In this document: positions 1-10,385 of the stretch, in pieces | How positions within the stretch are numbered: the stretch's first letter is position 1 | Layout of the letters: every line of letters starts with the position of its first letter | NCBI GenBank assembly: GCA_023205875.1 | Contig: CP060755.1 | Coordinates: forward strand, 62,001-126,000 | Direction of reading: 5' to 3' | DNA from: Chloropicon primus | Lineage: Eukaryota | Length of the DNA: 64,000 nt | The notes under the pieces: generated by a model | Told to the model about the DNA's origin: nothing | Seen by the model: the letters and a program-made list of their open reading frames with translations, nothing else | Databases searched by the model: none | Program-made: the position numbers and the translations under genes

Positions 1-596
1 GTCCCGCAGGGTCTGGGGCTCCACGCTGAGCAGCTTGTAAGGGTCGTCCGCCAGCAGGCGCGAGCACTTGCTCTTGACCTGCTCGAAGTTCACGGCGCAG
101 ACGTCGCACAGGGACTGGGTCAGGACGTGCGTCGGCCGAGCGTCCCTGAAGGCTCCCTCCCTCAGCGCGTACAAGCTGTTGTTCTGCGCCAGGGACTCCA
201 CGACCCTGTCGTTGATCTCCCTCTGGCTGGCCTTTGGATCGACGAACGACTCCGTCACCACCTTCTTGCCCATCACCACGTCGGGGGGGAAGTCGCACTC
301 GTGGGTTCTGCGACGAGACAGAGAGAGAGAAAGAGAGAGAGAGAGAGAGTCGACGGAAGCGTCAGCTCATCATTCTTGTTCGCACCACGCGAGGACGACT
401 GGACTGACACTGACATTCCCACGAGTTGTTCCCCTTTCCCCAACTGCGCCACGATCTCCGTAAGCGACGGCAGCAGGGACACCACCCTCACCTCCTCACA
501 AGGCAAAGGCGACGGCGAAGGCAAAGACGTTCCCATCCTCTGGATTGATCCTCCTACCCCGTCGTTCTCAGGAGGTCCGACCACGTGATGGGCCAC
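1..596 (-). CDS. BtuF/TroA-like (class III) substrate-binding protein, cobalamin/Fe-siderophore-binding family; 3' part runs off the window; intron 308-414; start at 596 or 536
   Basis: Removing the GTCAGT..CAG intron gives [32 protein letters not shown]...[12 protein letters not shown], matching the RIVSLLPSATE..LVGVSHECDYP and TQxxCxVCAV motifs of this family. Confidence 0.8.
318..349. repeat. (AG)n microsatellite inside the intron
   Basis: gagagagagaaagagagagagagagag seen directly. Confidence 0.9.
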
Positions 597-685
597 GTCT
601 TCACGCGCCTTATCTTTTTCGATGAAAAAAAATCTTTTTCGAGGGTTTCAGAGGAGGGAGGAGATCGCGCCAGCGTAGACGACGA

Positions 686-730
686 ACACCAACACCAACA
701 ACAACACCAACACCAACACCAACACCAACA
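686..730. repeat. (CACCAA)n hexanucleotide repeat in the divergent intergenic region
   Basis: Tandem accaac/caccaa units seen directly. Confidence 0.85.
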
Positions 731-820
731 GCAAGCGGAACACAACGCAAGAGACGCACTTTCCGACGACGACGCGACGACGACGACGAGGGAGTATCGA
801 GGGAGAGTATCGAGAGAGAG

Positions 821-2134
821 ATGATGGTGAAGGTTGGAGTGGCGCGAAGGCAAGGGAGGAACGGGGGGAGGGCGTCGTTGAGCTCGGGGGCGACGACGGG
901 GGGGACACGTGCCAGGGCGAGGGCGTCGTTGAGCTCGGCGTCGAGCTTGGTGGGGACGTGGAGGAGGGCGAGGAGCGGGCTGGTGTCGTCGACGTGCTGC
1001 GCGACGGCGTCCCCGTCGTACGACGCGCCGAGCAACATCTCGGGGGGGACGCAGCTGGAGTCCCTGAGCAAGCTGAGCGAGGTGGTGCGCAACACGGTGG
1101 TGCTGGAGGAGGGGGGGACCTTCAAGGACGCGACGTGCTCCTCCGCCGCGGCGGTGACCTCGCGCATCCTCCTCAAGGTGCTGCGCAACCCGGTCGGCCT
1201 GAGGCAGTACGAGCAACCCATCAAGAGCGCCTTGGCGTACATTGAGCAGACCCAGCCCAAGGAGAAGGACTCCCTCGGGCTCGTGCACTGCTCGCTGGAC
1301 AAGGCCATGGTGAACCTGGGGAGCATGCTCGCGGAGCAGGTCGACGGGAGGGTCTCCACGGAGGTCGACGCCAGGTTCGCGAACGACAAGGACAAGATCG
1401 TCGAGCAGGTCTTGTACCTCTCTAAGCTGTACGAGGAGGTCGGCGTCGGGAACGACAGGGTTCTGTACAGGATCCCCGCGACCTGGGACGGCATCCAGGC
1501 CGCCAAGGTCCTGGAGGCCCAGGGAATTCAGACCCTGCTGACCCTGGTCTGCAGCCTCACCCAGTGCATCGCGGCGGCCGAGGCCGGCGTGAGCGTCGTT
1601 CAGCTCTACGTGGGCAGGGTCAGGGACTGGTACAGGAAGCACCCGAACGCGATCAGGAACCCGGACGGCCCGAGGGAGGACGCCGGCCTGAGCTCCTTCG
1701 ACGCGGACCCCGGCCGCGAGCTCGTGTCCAAGTGCTACAACTACCTCCACAAGTTCTACCCCAAGACGAAGCTCATGGCGGGGGACATCAGGAGCAAGGA
1801 GGACGCCCTCAGCATCGCGGGCTGCGACTACATCGTCCTCCGGCCTCAAATCATCGAGGAGCTCCAGGGGACCCCGAGCATGCTGGGCTACAACGACGGG
1901 CTGATCGCCACCAAGGACTACGCGGACCTCATGCCGGAGCTGAGCCCGGAGAAGGCGGAGGCCACCAAGTTCTCCGACAGGTACACCAAGGGCTGGGGAA
2001 GCGAAAAGGAATTCATGGAATCCATGGGGGAGTGCGGCAGGGACCTGCTCCAAAAGTCGCTCCAGAGGTACTGCGACAGCTTCGAGCAGCTCGAGCCGTA
2101 CTTCTCGAAAATATCGGGAATCAGGACGAACTAA
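821..2134 (+). CDS. Plastid transaldolase-like protein (At1g12230-type); Schiff-base Lys replaced by Arg
   Basis: GRVSTEVDAR, VLYRIPATWDGIQAA, YVGRVRDWY and DPGRELV..YNY motifs; R/S/A-rich transit peptide. Confidence 0.85.
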   Translation: MMVKVGVARRQGRNGGRASLSSGATTGGTRARARASLSSASSLVGTWRRARSGLVSSTCCATASPSYDAPSNISGGTQLESLSKLSEVVRNTVVLEEGGTFKDATCSSAAAVTSRILLKVLRNPVGLRQYEQPIKSALAYIEQTQPKEKDSLGLVHCSLDKAMVNLGSMLAEQVDGRVSTEVDARFANDKDKIVEQVLYLSKLYEEVGVGNDRVLYRIPATWDGIQAAKVLEAQGIQTLLTLVCSLTQCIAAAEAGVSVVQLYVGRVRDWYRKHPNAIRNPDGPREDAGLSSFDADPGRELVSKCYNYLHKFYPKTKLMAGDIRSKEDALSIAGCDYIVLRPQIIEELQGTPSMLGYNDGLIATKDYADLMPELSPEKAEATKFSDRYTKGWGSEKEFMESMGECGRDLLQKSLQRYCDSFEQLEPYFSKISGIRTN

Positions 2135-2182
2135 AAAAAAAATTTGGACAAGTCGTTTCGTAATACAAAGCTTTATGCGTTT

Positions 2183-5100
2183 TCAATAGTTGTTACCGCC
2201 GCCGTAGTCCGGCTGCCTGTACTGTCCCGTGTCGTAGGCGGTGTACATGTCCGAAGCGGACCTCCAGTTGCCGTTGTCCCCCATGTGGCGCGGGTCGTAC
2301 GGATCGTAGTAATCCCCCGGGCCTCTCGGACCGTCGGCGTAGTAATCGTTGTAGTAATCGGTCCTGTACCCGCCGTACCCACCATCCCCTGGGCCTTCGC
2401 CGTACCAGTGCCTGCCCTGGTCCCTGCCCTCCTGGTCCCCGTACCGGACCCTCCCGTAGCCAGACTGGGCCTTCCACGCGGCGTAGTCCTTGGTCTTGTG
2501 GAAGATGACCATGCTCATCTTCAGGTTGTTCAGCGGGCCCTCCACCAGGAGATCCTTGTCCCTGAAGTGCCTCAGGAGCGCGTTCCAGAGGGGCTGCTTG
2601 CTCAGAAGCTTCGGGTTTCCGAGGATTACGAGGCCGTACTTTGCCCTCGTCAGCGCCACGTTCAGCCTCCTCGGGTCGCTGAGGAAGCCGATCCCCTGGT
2701 GCTCGTTCGACCTGACGCAGGAGAGGATGATGAGATCCTTCTCCCTTCCCTGGAAGGAGTCCACGCTGGCGACCTCGATGTCCTTGTACAGTCTCTGGCC
2801 CAGGGGCCCGCTGCGAAGCATGTGGGCCACGACGTAGGCCCTCTGGCCCTCGTAGGGCGTGATCACCCCGATCTGCTCCGGGTTGATGTTCCCCCTGAGG
2901 AACGTGGTCACGATCTTTTCCACGTTCGCCGCTTCCGTCCTGTTCAGGTACGAAGTTCCCGTAGAGCTGAGCTCCTCCTGACCCATCTGGGAGTAGAACA
3001 TCATGGGCGCGGAGGGCAAGGGCCAAGGGAAGTCCACGTTCGTGAGGGTCCTCTCTGGAGTCGTCACGCCATTCTGCAGGGTGCCCTCGTAAAACATGTT
3101 GGAAGGGAACTCCGACAGGCAAGGGTGCATCCTGTACTGGACCTGCAAGCGGATGGGCTTAATTCCCAAGGCCATCAGCCTCTCGAAGAGCGACTGGACA
3201 AGTCCAGCCTTCTGCACTTTTTTGCACATGATCACGGGCCCAAGCTGGCACTGGTCCCCCACCAGCACGGCCTGCTTGCAATTCATCACCAACGGGATGA
3301 AGCACTCTGGCTCGGTGGCCTGGGTCGACTCGTCGATTAGGACGTGCTTGAATTTCATCTTGCGCAGCCGTGGGTCCCCTGCGCCCACGCAAGTGCAGCA
3401 GATCACATCCGCTGCCTTGAGGAACTCCTGCTCGGACTGCCTTATCAGCTTCATGAGCTTCTTCTCCTCGCTCATGGAGATGTTCTGGTTGGCCCTCTTT
3501 CTCAACAGGCGCTGCAGCTCGTGGTTCTCCGCCGTCTCCACGTTTTGGACCTGGTAATGAAGCGTGAGCTCCTCGACGTTTGACGTGATGGCCTCTCTCG
3601 ACTTTGCCGCGAGCCTGACCACCTTGAGACCCGTCATGTTAATCTTCTCGGCCAGCTGGTCCACGGCGATGTTACTGGGGGCGCACACCAGAATCTGGCT
3701 CTGAAAGGTTTTGGCCATGTGGTAAACGATCGTCGCTGAGGTGACCGTCTTGCCCGTCCCCGGGGGCCCTTGAATCAGGCTCAGGGGGTTCCCCAGCACG
3801 CTGCTCACCGCCTTGATTTGAATCTGATTCAGCGCCGGCAGGTTTGGAGCGTTGTACTTCTTGGGCAGCTTGTTCTTCAAGGGTTGCTCCTCGACGTCGT
3901 GGCCAAGAATTTTGTGGTAGAGGTACTGGCTGAGGGCGTCCTGCTTGACCGCGAATCTCTTGAGAGCCGCCTGCATCCTGTCGTAGGGCGTGCTCTTCCA
4001 AATGAAGTCCACACTGTATCCCGTGGAGTCGTGCTCCGGGAACCATCTCTGGTTCCTGATCTCGAGGCTTATCTCCTCCGTCGCGTTCGTGACTCTGAGC
4101 ACGTTGCCAACGGCACTCCACTCCCTCGTTGGGCCCTTCCACCTGAGCTCCAGCTCGTCCCCTTGCATCAACCGAAGGTCCATGTCATACTGCGTGATGA
4201 CAAAGTTCGCAACGATGGAGCCCTTGTCCAGGGTCTCCCACCTCACCACGATCCCATCCTTGGTCTGGCTCTCCTTCATCTGCTTGTCGTACTCCGCCTC
4301 GAGCTTCACGAGCGGCTGGAAGACAGACTGGTAGTCGTACGCATCGTTATAGTGGAGCATCACCTGTTGGGGGTCCTCCTCCTCCGTCGGCTGGTTCAGA
4401 TCCTCCGCGGTGGCGTCGGGCTTCTGCTTCCACATCTCTTCCAGCCGGTTCACGTCCGCCATCCTCAGCTTCCTCGCCCTGAAAACTTCGTGGTCCAAAG
4501 GATCCTGGACCAACCAAGGCAAAAAGGCCTTGTCCTCGATGATGGGCTGCCACTGAGACAGGTCCCAGTCCTCGTCGTCCTTTATGGCGTTGTTTTGGAG
4601 GCAAGGGTCTCGGCACAATATCATGCAGATCTCCTCAGACTTTGCTCGAATAAAACCCAAGAGGAAGACGTTCCTGCACCCGCAGTTGTAACACTCCAAA
4701 ACCGTTTCACCGAGCGGAGAGTTTTTGTGCAGCACGACTTCCCTGTTCTTCGACTTGATCAAGTGGTACACCATGTGACTGGCACTGGTCCCCGCCCTGG
4801 AGTTGCAAAACCAGTTGCCAGTGCTCTTGCACCGCGCCACGGCGGCCGGGTTGTGGATCCCGCAGTACCGGCAAGCATGCTCCGGAAGCTCCTCCGGGAT
4901 GAGTTCCTCATTGTCCCCCTCCCCGAGTTCGTTCTCGTTTTCGTCCAAGGCCCCGTCCTCGTTGTCCCCCCCCTCCCTGTCACTCCCGCTCCCCCTCCTC
5001 CTCGCCTCCTCCCCTTCCCTCGTTCCCTCCCCTCCCCCCCCGCCGTCCAGCTTGAGGGCCCTGGTCCCCTTCTCCAAGATCTCCTGTTCCCTCTCGTTGT

Positions 5101-5224
5101 CGTCCGTCGATATCGCAGCCTCAATAATACTCTCTGGCTCCACCGCCATGTTCCCTGACTCCCACTCCTCCTGCAAGTCCGCCACCCCCTCCTCCTCTCT
5201 CTCCCTCGTCGCCATCCTCTCCAT
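2183..5224 (-). CDS. UPF1: Regulator of nonsense transcripts 1 (UPF1 SF1 RNA helicase)
   Basis: CH domain HACRYCGIH...[53 protein letters not shown]; likely ATG at 5224. Confidence 0.97.
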   Translation of the reverse strand: MERMATREREEEGVADLQEEWESGNMAVEPESIIEAAISTDDNEREQEILEKGTRALKLDGGGGGEGTREGEEARRRGSGSDREGGDNEDGALDENENELGEGDNEELIPEELPEHACRYCGIHNPAAVARCKSTGNWFCNSRAGTSASHMVYHLIKSKNREVVLHKNSPLGETVLECYNCGCRNVFLLGFIRAKSEEICMILCRDPCLQNNAIKDDEDWDLSQWQPIIEDKAFLPWLVQDPLDHEVFRARKLRMADVNRLEEMWKQKPDATAEDLNQPTEEEDPQQVMLHYNDAYDYQSVFQPLVKLEAEYDKQMKESQTKDGIVVRWETLDKGSIVANFVITQYDMDLRLMQGDELELRWKGPTREWSAVGNVLRVTNATEEISLEIRNQRWFPEHDSTGYSVDFIWKSTPYDRMQAALKRFAVKQDALSQYLYHKILGHDVEEQPLKNKLPKKYNAPNLPALNQIQIKAVSSVLGNPLSLIQGPPGTGKTVTSATIVYHMAKTFQSQILVCAPSNIAVDQLAEKINMTGLKVVRLAAKSREAITSNVEELTLHYQVQNVETAENHELQRLLRKRANQNISMSEEKKLMKLIRQSEQEFLKAADVICCTCVGAGDPRLRKMKFKHVLIDESTQATEPECFIPLVMNCKQAVLVGDQCQLGPVIMCKKVQKAGLVQSLFERLMALGIKPIRLQVQYRMHPCLSEFPSNMFYEGTLQNGVTTPERTLTNVDFPWPLPSAPMMFYSQMGQEELSSTGTSYLNRTEAANVEKIVTTFLRGNINPEQIGVITPYEGQRAYVVAHMLRSGPLGQRLYKDIEVASVDSFQGREKDLIILSCVRSNEHQGIGFLSDPRRLNVALTRAKYGLVILGNPKLLSKQPLWNALLRHFRDKDLLVEGPLNNLKMSMVIFHKTKDYAAWKAQSGYGRVRYGDQEGRDQGRHWYGEGPGDGGYGGYRTDYYNDYYADGPRGPGDYYDPYDPRHMGDNGNWRSASDMYTAYDTGQYRQPDYGGGNNY

Positions 5225-5345
5225 CGATCGCACCGTCGTCAGTCTTCCCTTCCTCTTGCGCCTTCTCCTTCCCTTCAACAAACGAACAGCGGCGAGCAGG
5301 GCGGCCAGGAGAGGAGCACAGAGGAGAAGACACGGACGGGACGGG

Positions 5346-6336
5346 ATGGGAAAGAAGCGGAAGGTAAGACAGCGGACGGAAGAACGGACGGACGGGGCGA
5401 TCAAGGTACTGACGGAACGCATCATATCATCACGTCGTGTGTTTGGTTTTTTTTGGCTTTTTTGGCTTTTTCCCTTACCAGAATAAGGATAGGGTGGATC
5501 CGACGCTGCCACCGGAGGAGAAGGTGGCCAAGCTTGTGGAGAAGAGCGCGGCCAAGGTGGAGAACAGGGAGTGGGCAGCAGCGGAGAACTTCGCGAAGCA
5601 GGCCGTGGCGGAGTGCCGGGAGCACTTCAACAGGGACGAGGACAACATCCTTCATGCGAGGTCGAACCTCCAGCTCGGGCGGGTGTCCCTCAAGCAGGGT
5701 CACTTCGCTCAGGCCCGCAAGCCGATCGACACCGCCCAGAGGGTCGCAGAGGCGAACAGCGACCTTTGGCTCAAGTCAGAAGTCTACGCGCTGCAGGCGG
5801 ACCTTTGCTTCATGCAGAAAAAGAAGAACAACGGAATGCACGACGAGGGGAAGAAGTGGCGGGAAAAGCAGTGGAAGGAGGAGGAGAAAGCGAGGCGAAA
5901 GGATCTTGCCGCGGGCCCAACGTACGCGCCGCCACCACCTGCGCAGGGGATGGTGATGGGCCTGAACCCCTACATGCAGCCGCCGCCCCAGCACCTGCGG
6001 GGAATGATGCTGCCTCCTCAGGGTGGCCCCTACATGCAGCCACCGATGCCTCAGCCTCAGCACTTTCCTCCACACCAAGGATACATGCCGGTTCCTAACT
6101 TGGGCAACAGGGGCCCTCCCCGCGGGCCAGTTCCGGTTCCGGTTCCGGTTCCCGTTGCTGCAGCGGCGCCAGCGGTCGCGGCGAGTCAGCCCGCTTCGAG
6201 CTCCCCGGAGAAGCCGGCCACCACGAAAGCGTCAGAGAATCCAGCAGCGAAGGGGCCAAGCCAGCAGATGATATGGGCGGAGGACTCCGACGTGTCCATG
6301 GAAGAGAAGAGGGCGCAGATGTACAAAGCTAAATGA
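5346..6336 (+). CDS. Protein with MGKKRK N-terminus, TPR-like helices, Pro/Met-rich region and BuGZ/ZNF207/SUF4-like GLEBS tail; exons 5346-5363 and 5482-6336
   Basis: The GTAAGA..CCAG intron keeps frame; C-terminal [17 protein letters not shown] resembles the ZNF207 DxSxEERRA motif. Confidence 0.7.
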
Positions 6337-6373
6337 GAGAAGAATAATGGAATGGAATAGATTAGAGAGTAAC

Positions 6374-7901
6374 TTAGTGCCTTTGGCGTATGATCCCGCA
6401 CAGCCCGAGGATTTCAACCAAACCAATGACGACTTCAACAACAATGAGGATGATCACAATCCACTCCAGGAAAGAGGAGTGCTCGTTCTGGTTCTGGTCC
6501 CGAAGCATCTGCGCACAGAAATCAAAGATGAGAGAGAGAGAGAGAGCAGGATCAGTCAGCTAGCGCGAAGGGGGTTGCGAGCAAGACTGAACTCACATCC
6601 AGCATCGCTTCCAAAATTTCGAACCGCGCGTTGAGGATCTCGACCCTGTCGGCGATCTCAAGGTACTCGAAGAGGCTGTCGTAGAGTCCGCAGAGAGCGT
6701 CGGACGCGTCCCAGAAGAAGTCCGGCGTATCCAGCACCGTCGTGAGCAGGTTCACCGCGCACTTCTCCAAGAAGATCGTGCCGATGAGCTGGTGAATTCG
6801 TCTTTTCGTCAGGTTCACCTTTCCTGTTTCCGCCAGCGTCCGGGGCAGCTCGATGTACGAGTCCACCTTCTGCTGGATCCGTGACTCGTAGATCTTCAGC
6901 TTGGTGCTCTGGGCGAGGGGGTAAGCGATCCCGAGCTTTATAACGGAGTTTTTCGACAGGTGTACTCCCATGATTATCGTATCGTTCTCAATTCTTGGAG
7001 GTTGTCCGAGGACATACTGGTACTTGAACTCCTCGTCCTCCACGTCGGACGGCTTCAGGGGCTCTATGGAACAAAGCGAGAAAACGTCACGCAGAATGCA
7101 GTGCTCCTCCTCTCCGCTGGAGAAGCCCCAGAATACGCATACCCCATATTCAAAGCAAAATATCTCTCCGCAATCAGCCCCGGTCCACTGGGACGTGCAC
7201 GAAAAAGTCAGGACCTCGCCGTCCCACTGAAGGTTGGACACCTCCGCGAGAACCCCGTCGCAGAGACGAGCTCTCCCGAGGCCCCCCTTTCGATGCTCGT
7301 CCATGGGCTTGGACCTCAGAACGTCAAGGAGTTGCCCCTTTGCGAACTTCTCCGCGACGCAGTACACAGTGATCCGCCCGGACGACATGTCCGCGGCCGC
7401 CGTGATGCTCTCGAAGCTCGGGTTCTTGCTGGGCGACCTCCCCGCGACCTCGCTGGGATCGTCCACCGTCGCCCCCACCCGAGACCCTCTCCTTTGGATG
7501 TCTATGTTCGCTGAGACCCTGGAGGTCCTCTGCGCCTGGAGCAAGTCGTTCTCCGGGAGCTTCACCGTCCTCCTCTCCCTGGGCGCAGACTTTGGCCTCC
7601 TCTGGTTGCTTTGCAGGAGCTGGCCCGTCACCTGAGAGAGCGCCTGGGCCCTCTGGATCGCTCCCATCGTGTGGGCGTGCCCCTGCAGCCGGTGCGTCAA
7701 GGGCGGGACGTGGTCCGTGGCCACGGGCAACCGCCGGGCCACCGTCGGGTGCACTATCGAGGGCACGTACCTCGGTCCCCCCCCAGCCCCCCTCCCAGTC
7801 ACCGTCGCGCTGGAGTTTGCGTTTGCGTTTGCGTTTGCGTTCGTCCTCCCCTCCCCCCCCAGCAGGGGCTCCTCCAGCAGACCCCTCTCCTCCTCCTCCA
7901 T
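6374..7901 (-). CDS. RMD1: RMD1/YagE (DUF155) family protein; intron 6509-6596
   Basis: ITVYCVAE, FCFEYGVCVFWG, LAQSTKL, LDTPDFFW, YLEI..RVEILN.R; spliced tail HSSFLEWIVIILIVVE. Confidence 0.9.
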
Positions 7902-8136
7902 CCCCCAAACCAACCCCTCCTCGCTCCCTTCCCTGGGTTGTATTGTGTTGTGTTGTGTTGTGTTGTCCTCAACTCAAGGTCCTCGTCGTCGTCGTCGCGG
8001 TCGCGGTCGCCATTGTCGTCTGGTCTGGCCCTATTGCGTGTGTGTTGTGTCCTCGCGCCTCGAGCTTCTCCGTCGTAACGCGTTTTAGAGAAAGCCGAGA
8101 GGAAGGACGAGGAGGAGAGGGAGAGGTGCGAGGAGG

Positions 8137-10010
8137 ATGGTGTGCCTGAGTGTGCCGGGGACCGTGAAACAGATCACAAAAGAGGTCGCAAAACAATGCG
8201 TCGTACTCGCCAAGAAAAACGACGAAAACGACAAGGACGAAAAGGACGAAAAGGACCTTGAGGACGAGCTTGGGTTAGGGAGGTCGTCCTTGTCGTCCTT
8301 GTCGTTGTCGTCCTTGTCGTCCTTGTCGTCGCCCCCGCCGTCGACGTCGACGTCAACGTTGGCTTTGGGGCTCACGTGCGGGGCGTGCGGGATGATCTTT
8401 GAGAGCAGGGACGTCCAGGCCGCGCACTTCAAGACGGACCACCACAGGTTGAACGTGAAGAGGGCCCTCAAGGGCAGGCCGCCCCTGAGCCTCGACGTGC
8501 TGGAGGCCATCCTGGCCGCTGGGGACGACCTCTCGAGCATAAGCGGCTCGGACTCGGAGGACTCCGAGGAGGAGGGCGAGGGAGGCAGCCGCCCTGCTGC
8601 AGCGGGGTCCAAGACGATGGTCGCGTTCGAGTACAGGGAGGAGGAGGGCGACACCAGGACGGCCTTTGGGATCCCCAGGAACGTCCTCTTCCCCTGGGGC
8701 TATCGGGAGGAGGACGCCCGAAATGAGTGCAGGGAGGCGCTCGTGCGGCTCTCGGAGTCGAACGGATCGTGGGCCGTCGTCATGGCGAGCGGGGGGCACT
8801 TTGCTGCGGCCGTCTTCCCGTCCGCGGGCGAGAACTCCAAGCCGATGCCCCACAAGACCTTGCACCGGTACGTGGTGAGGGCCAAGGCGGGGGGGAGGCA
8901 GGCCGCCAAGGACGCGACGGGGAAGAAGGCCCAGTCGGCGGGGGCCTCACTGAGGCGACACAACGAGAAGGCCCTCGCCGAGGACATTCGCACCCTTCTG
9001 CGCTCGACCTGGAAAGAGGAGCTGGCGAAGGCTGACTACGTGTTCTTGTCGGCTCCGGGAAGCCACAACGCCTCGATATTCTTCGGGGGGAAGGAGCCCA
9101 TCTTCGACAAGAAGGACCCCAGGCTGCACAAAATACCATTTGCTTGCAGGAGGCCGACCCTCAAGGAGACGTGCAGGATCAAACACTTGCTGTCCACGAT
9201 CCACACCGTCGGCGGGGAGGAGCAGGCGAGGAGGCGGAAGGGGGAGGGGTCCGCCGCGGCGGTGGAAGGGAGAGAAGCCGATCAGGTCCGGGCGGAACCT
9301 GGAAGGGGTGAGCAAGGTGGGGGCAGGGGGGCGGGGGCGGACCAAGAAAATGGCGACGCCGTCGAAGAGAATCCCATGGAGGAGACCGAACTGCACGTCG
9401 CGACGCGGGAGGGCAACGCCGAGAGGGTGCAGTCTCTGCTGGAGGGCGGGGCTGACCCTTGCCGGACGGACTTGAGGGGGAGACCGCCGTACCTGCTCGC
9501 GAAGGTCAAGGAAGTCAGGGACGTGTACAGAAGGTCAGTTGCAAGAAAGTGGAATACAGGAGAGGGGGACGATCCACCCGTCGAGTTCAAGCGCCACTGA
9601 CAACCTTTCTCTTCTTGTCTCCTTCTCGCGCGCGTGTTCCTGAAATGCGCTGCTGCAGGTTCAGAGCCAAGGCGGGCGAGGATCGCTTTGACTGGAAGGC
9701 CGCGGGCGTGCCCCAGGCGCTGACCCAGGAGCTCGAGGAGCAGCAGCAGAGGAAAAAGGCAGCGAAGGATGCCAAGCGAAAGAAGGAGAAGCAGAAGAGG
9801 CAGAAGGCTCAGGCTGCGAAGAAGGCGGCCCAGGAGGCCAAAGCCAAGGAAGAGGAGGAGCAGAAGAAGAAGAGGGAAGAGGAGCAGAAGAGGGGGCCGG
9901 GCGCCAACCCCTTCAACATGTGGGCGAGGCAGCCCACGAAAAGGGAACTCCTGGCACGTGCCGCGGAGGAGAGGATCAAAAAGATGGTGAGTTCACGAAA
10001 CAAGAATTGA
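8137..10010 (+). CDS. VMS1: Vms1/ANKZF1 (C2H2 zinc finger, VLRF1 tRNA-cleaving domain, ankyrin repeats, VIM); intron 9534-9658
   Basis: CGACG...HFKTDHHRLNVKR, GGHFAAAVF, HKTLHRYVVRAKAGGRQ, SAGASLRRHNE, ankyrin TELHVA, VIM RELLARAAEER. Confidence 0.92.
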
Positions 10011-10385
10011 AGTTGGAAACAAGCCGATGATAACACGTAAGTCTTGTGGCTGAAGGGCGGCAAGCCTGCGGCTGGGCCGAGGCCAAGACCGCAACCTGCT
10101 TCGAGGGCGTCGTCCGGGGTCGGCGAGCCGAGGCCCCCAAAGTCCAGGGGGCTTTGGATCTTCGCGGCCGCCCTCGCAGTCTTTGGGCTGAGGCAGGGGA
10201 TCCTCCGCAAGAAGGGAGGCTCGGGGAAGAGGAGGAGGGCCTCGGCAGGGCCTCTGTTCGCGACGTACAAAGAGGGGCTTTGACGCGCGACGCGCGCTGG
10301 GGGTAACATAAAATGACTCTTGAATAAATTAACAACTCTTGATTTAACTTTAACAAAAAGAACAAAACTCTCCGCAAAGCCGTGG

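Noticed and set aside
868..940. 20-bp direct repeat GAGGGCGTCGTTGAGCTCGG
   Set aside because: Local duplication within the transaldolase transit peptide; no transposon hallmarks
554..2053. Many long antisense or alternate-frame ORFs (e.g. 554-2053, 2144-3340, 12337-14526, 15337-17400, 39771-41375)
   Set aside because: Shadow ORFs caused by high GC3 codon bias opposite well-supported genes; no recognisable motifs
5225..5512. N-terminal extension of UPF1 in the ORF track
   Set aside because: Overlaps the first exon and intron of the divergent gene and looks non-coding; ATG 5224 is more plausible
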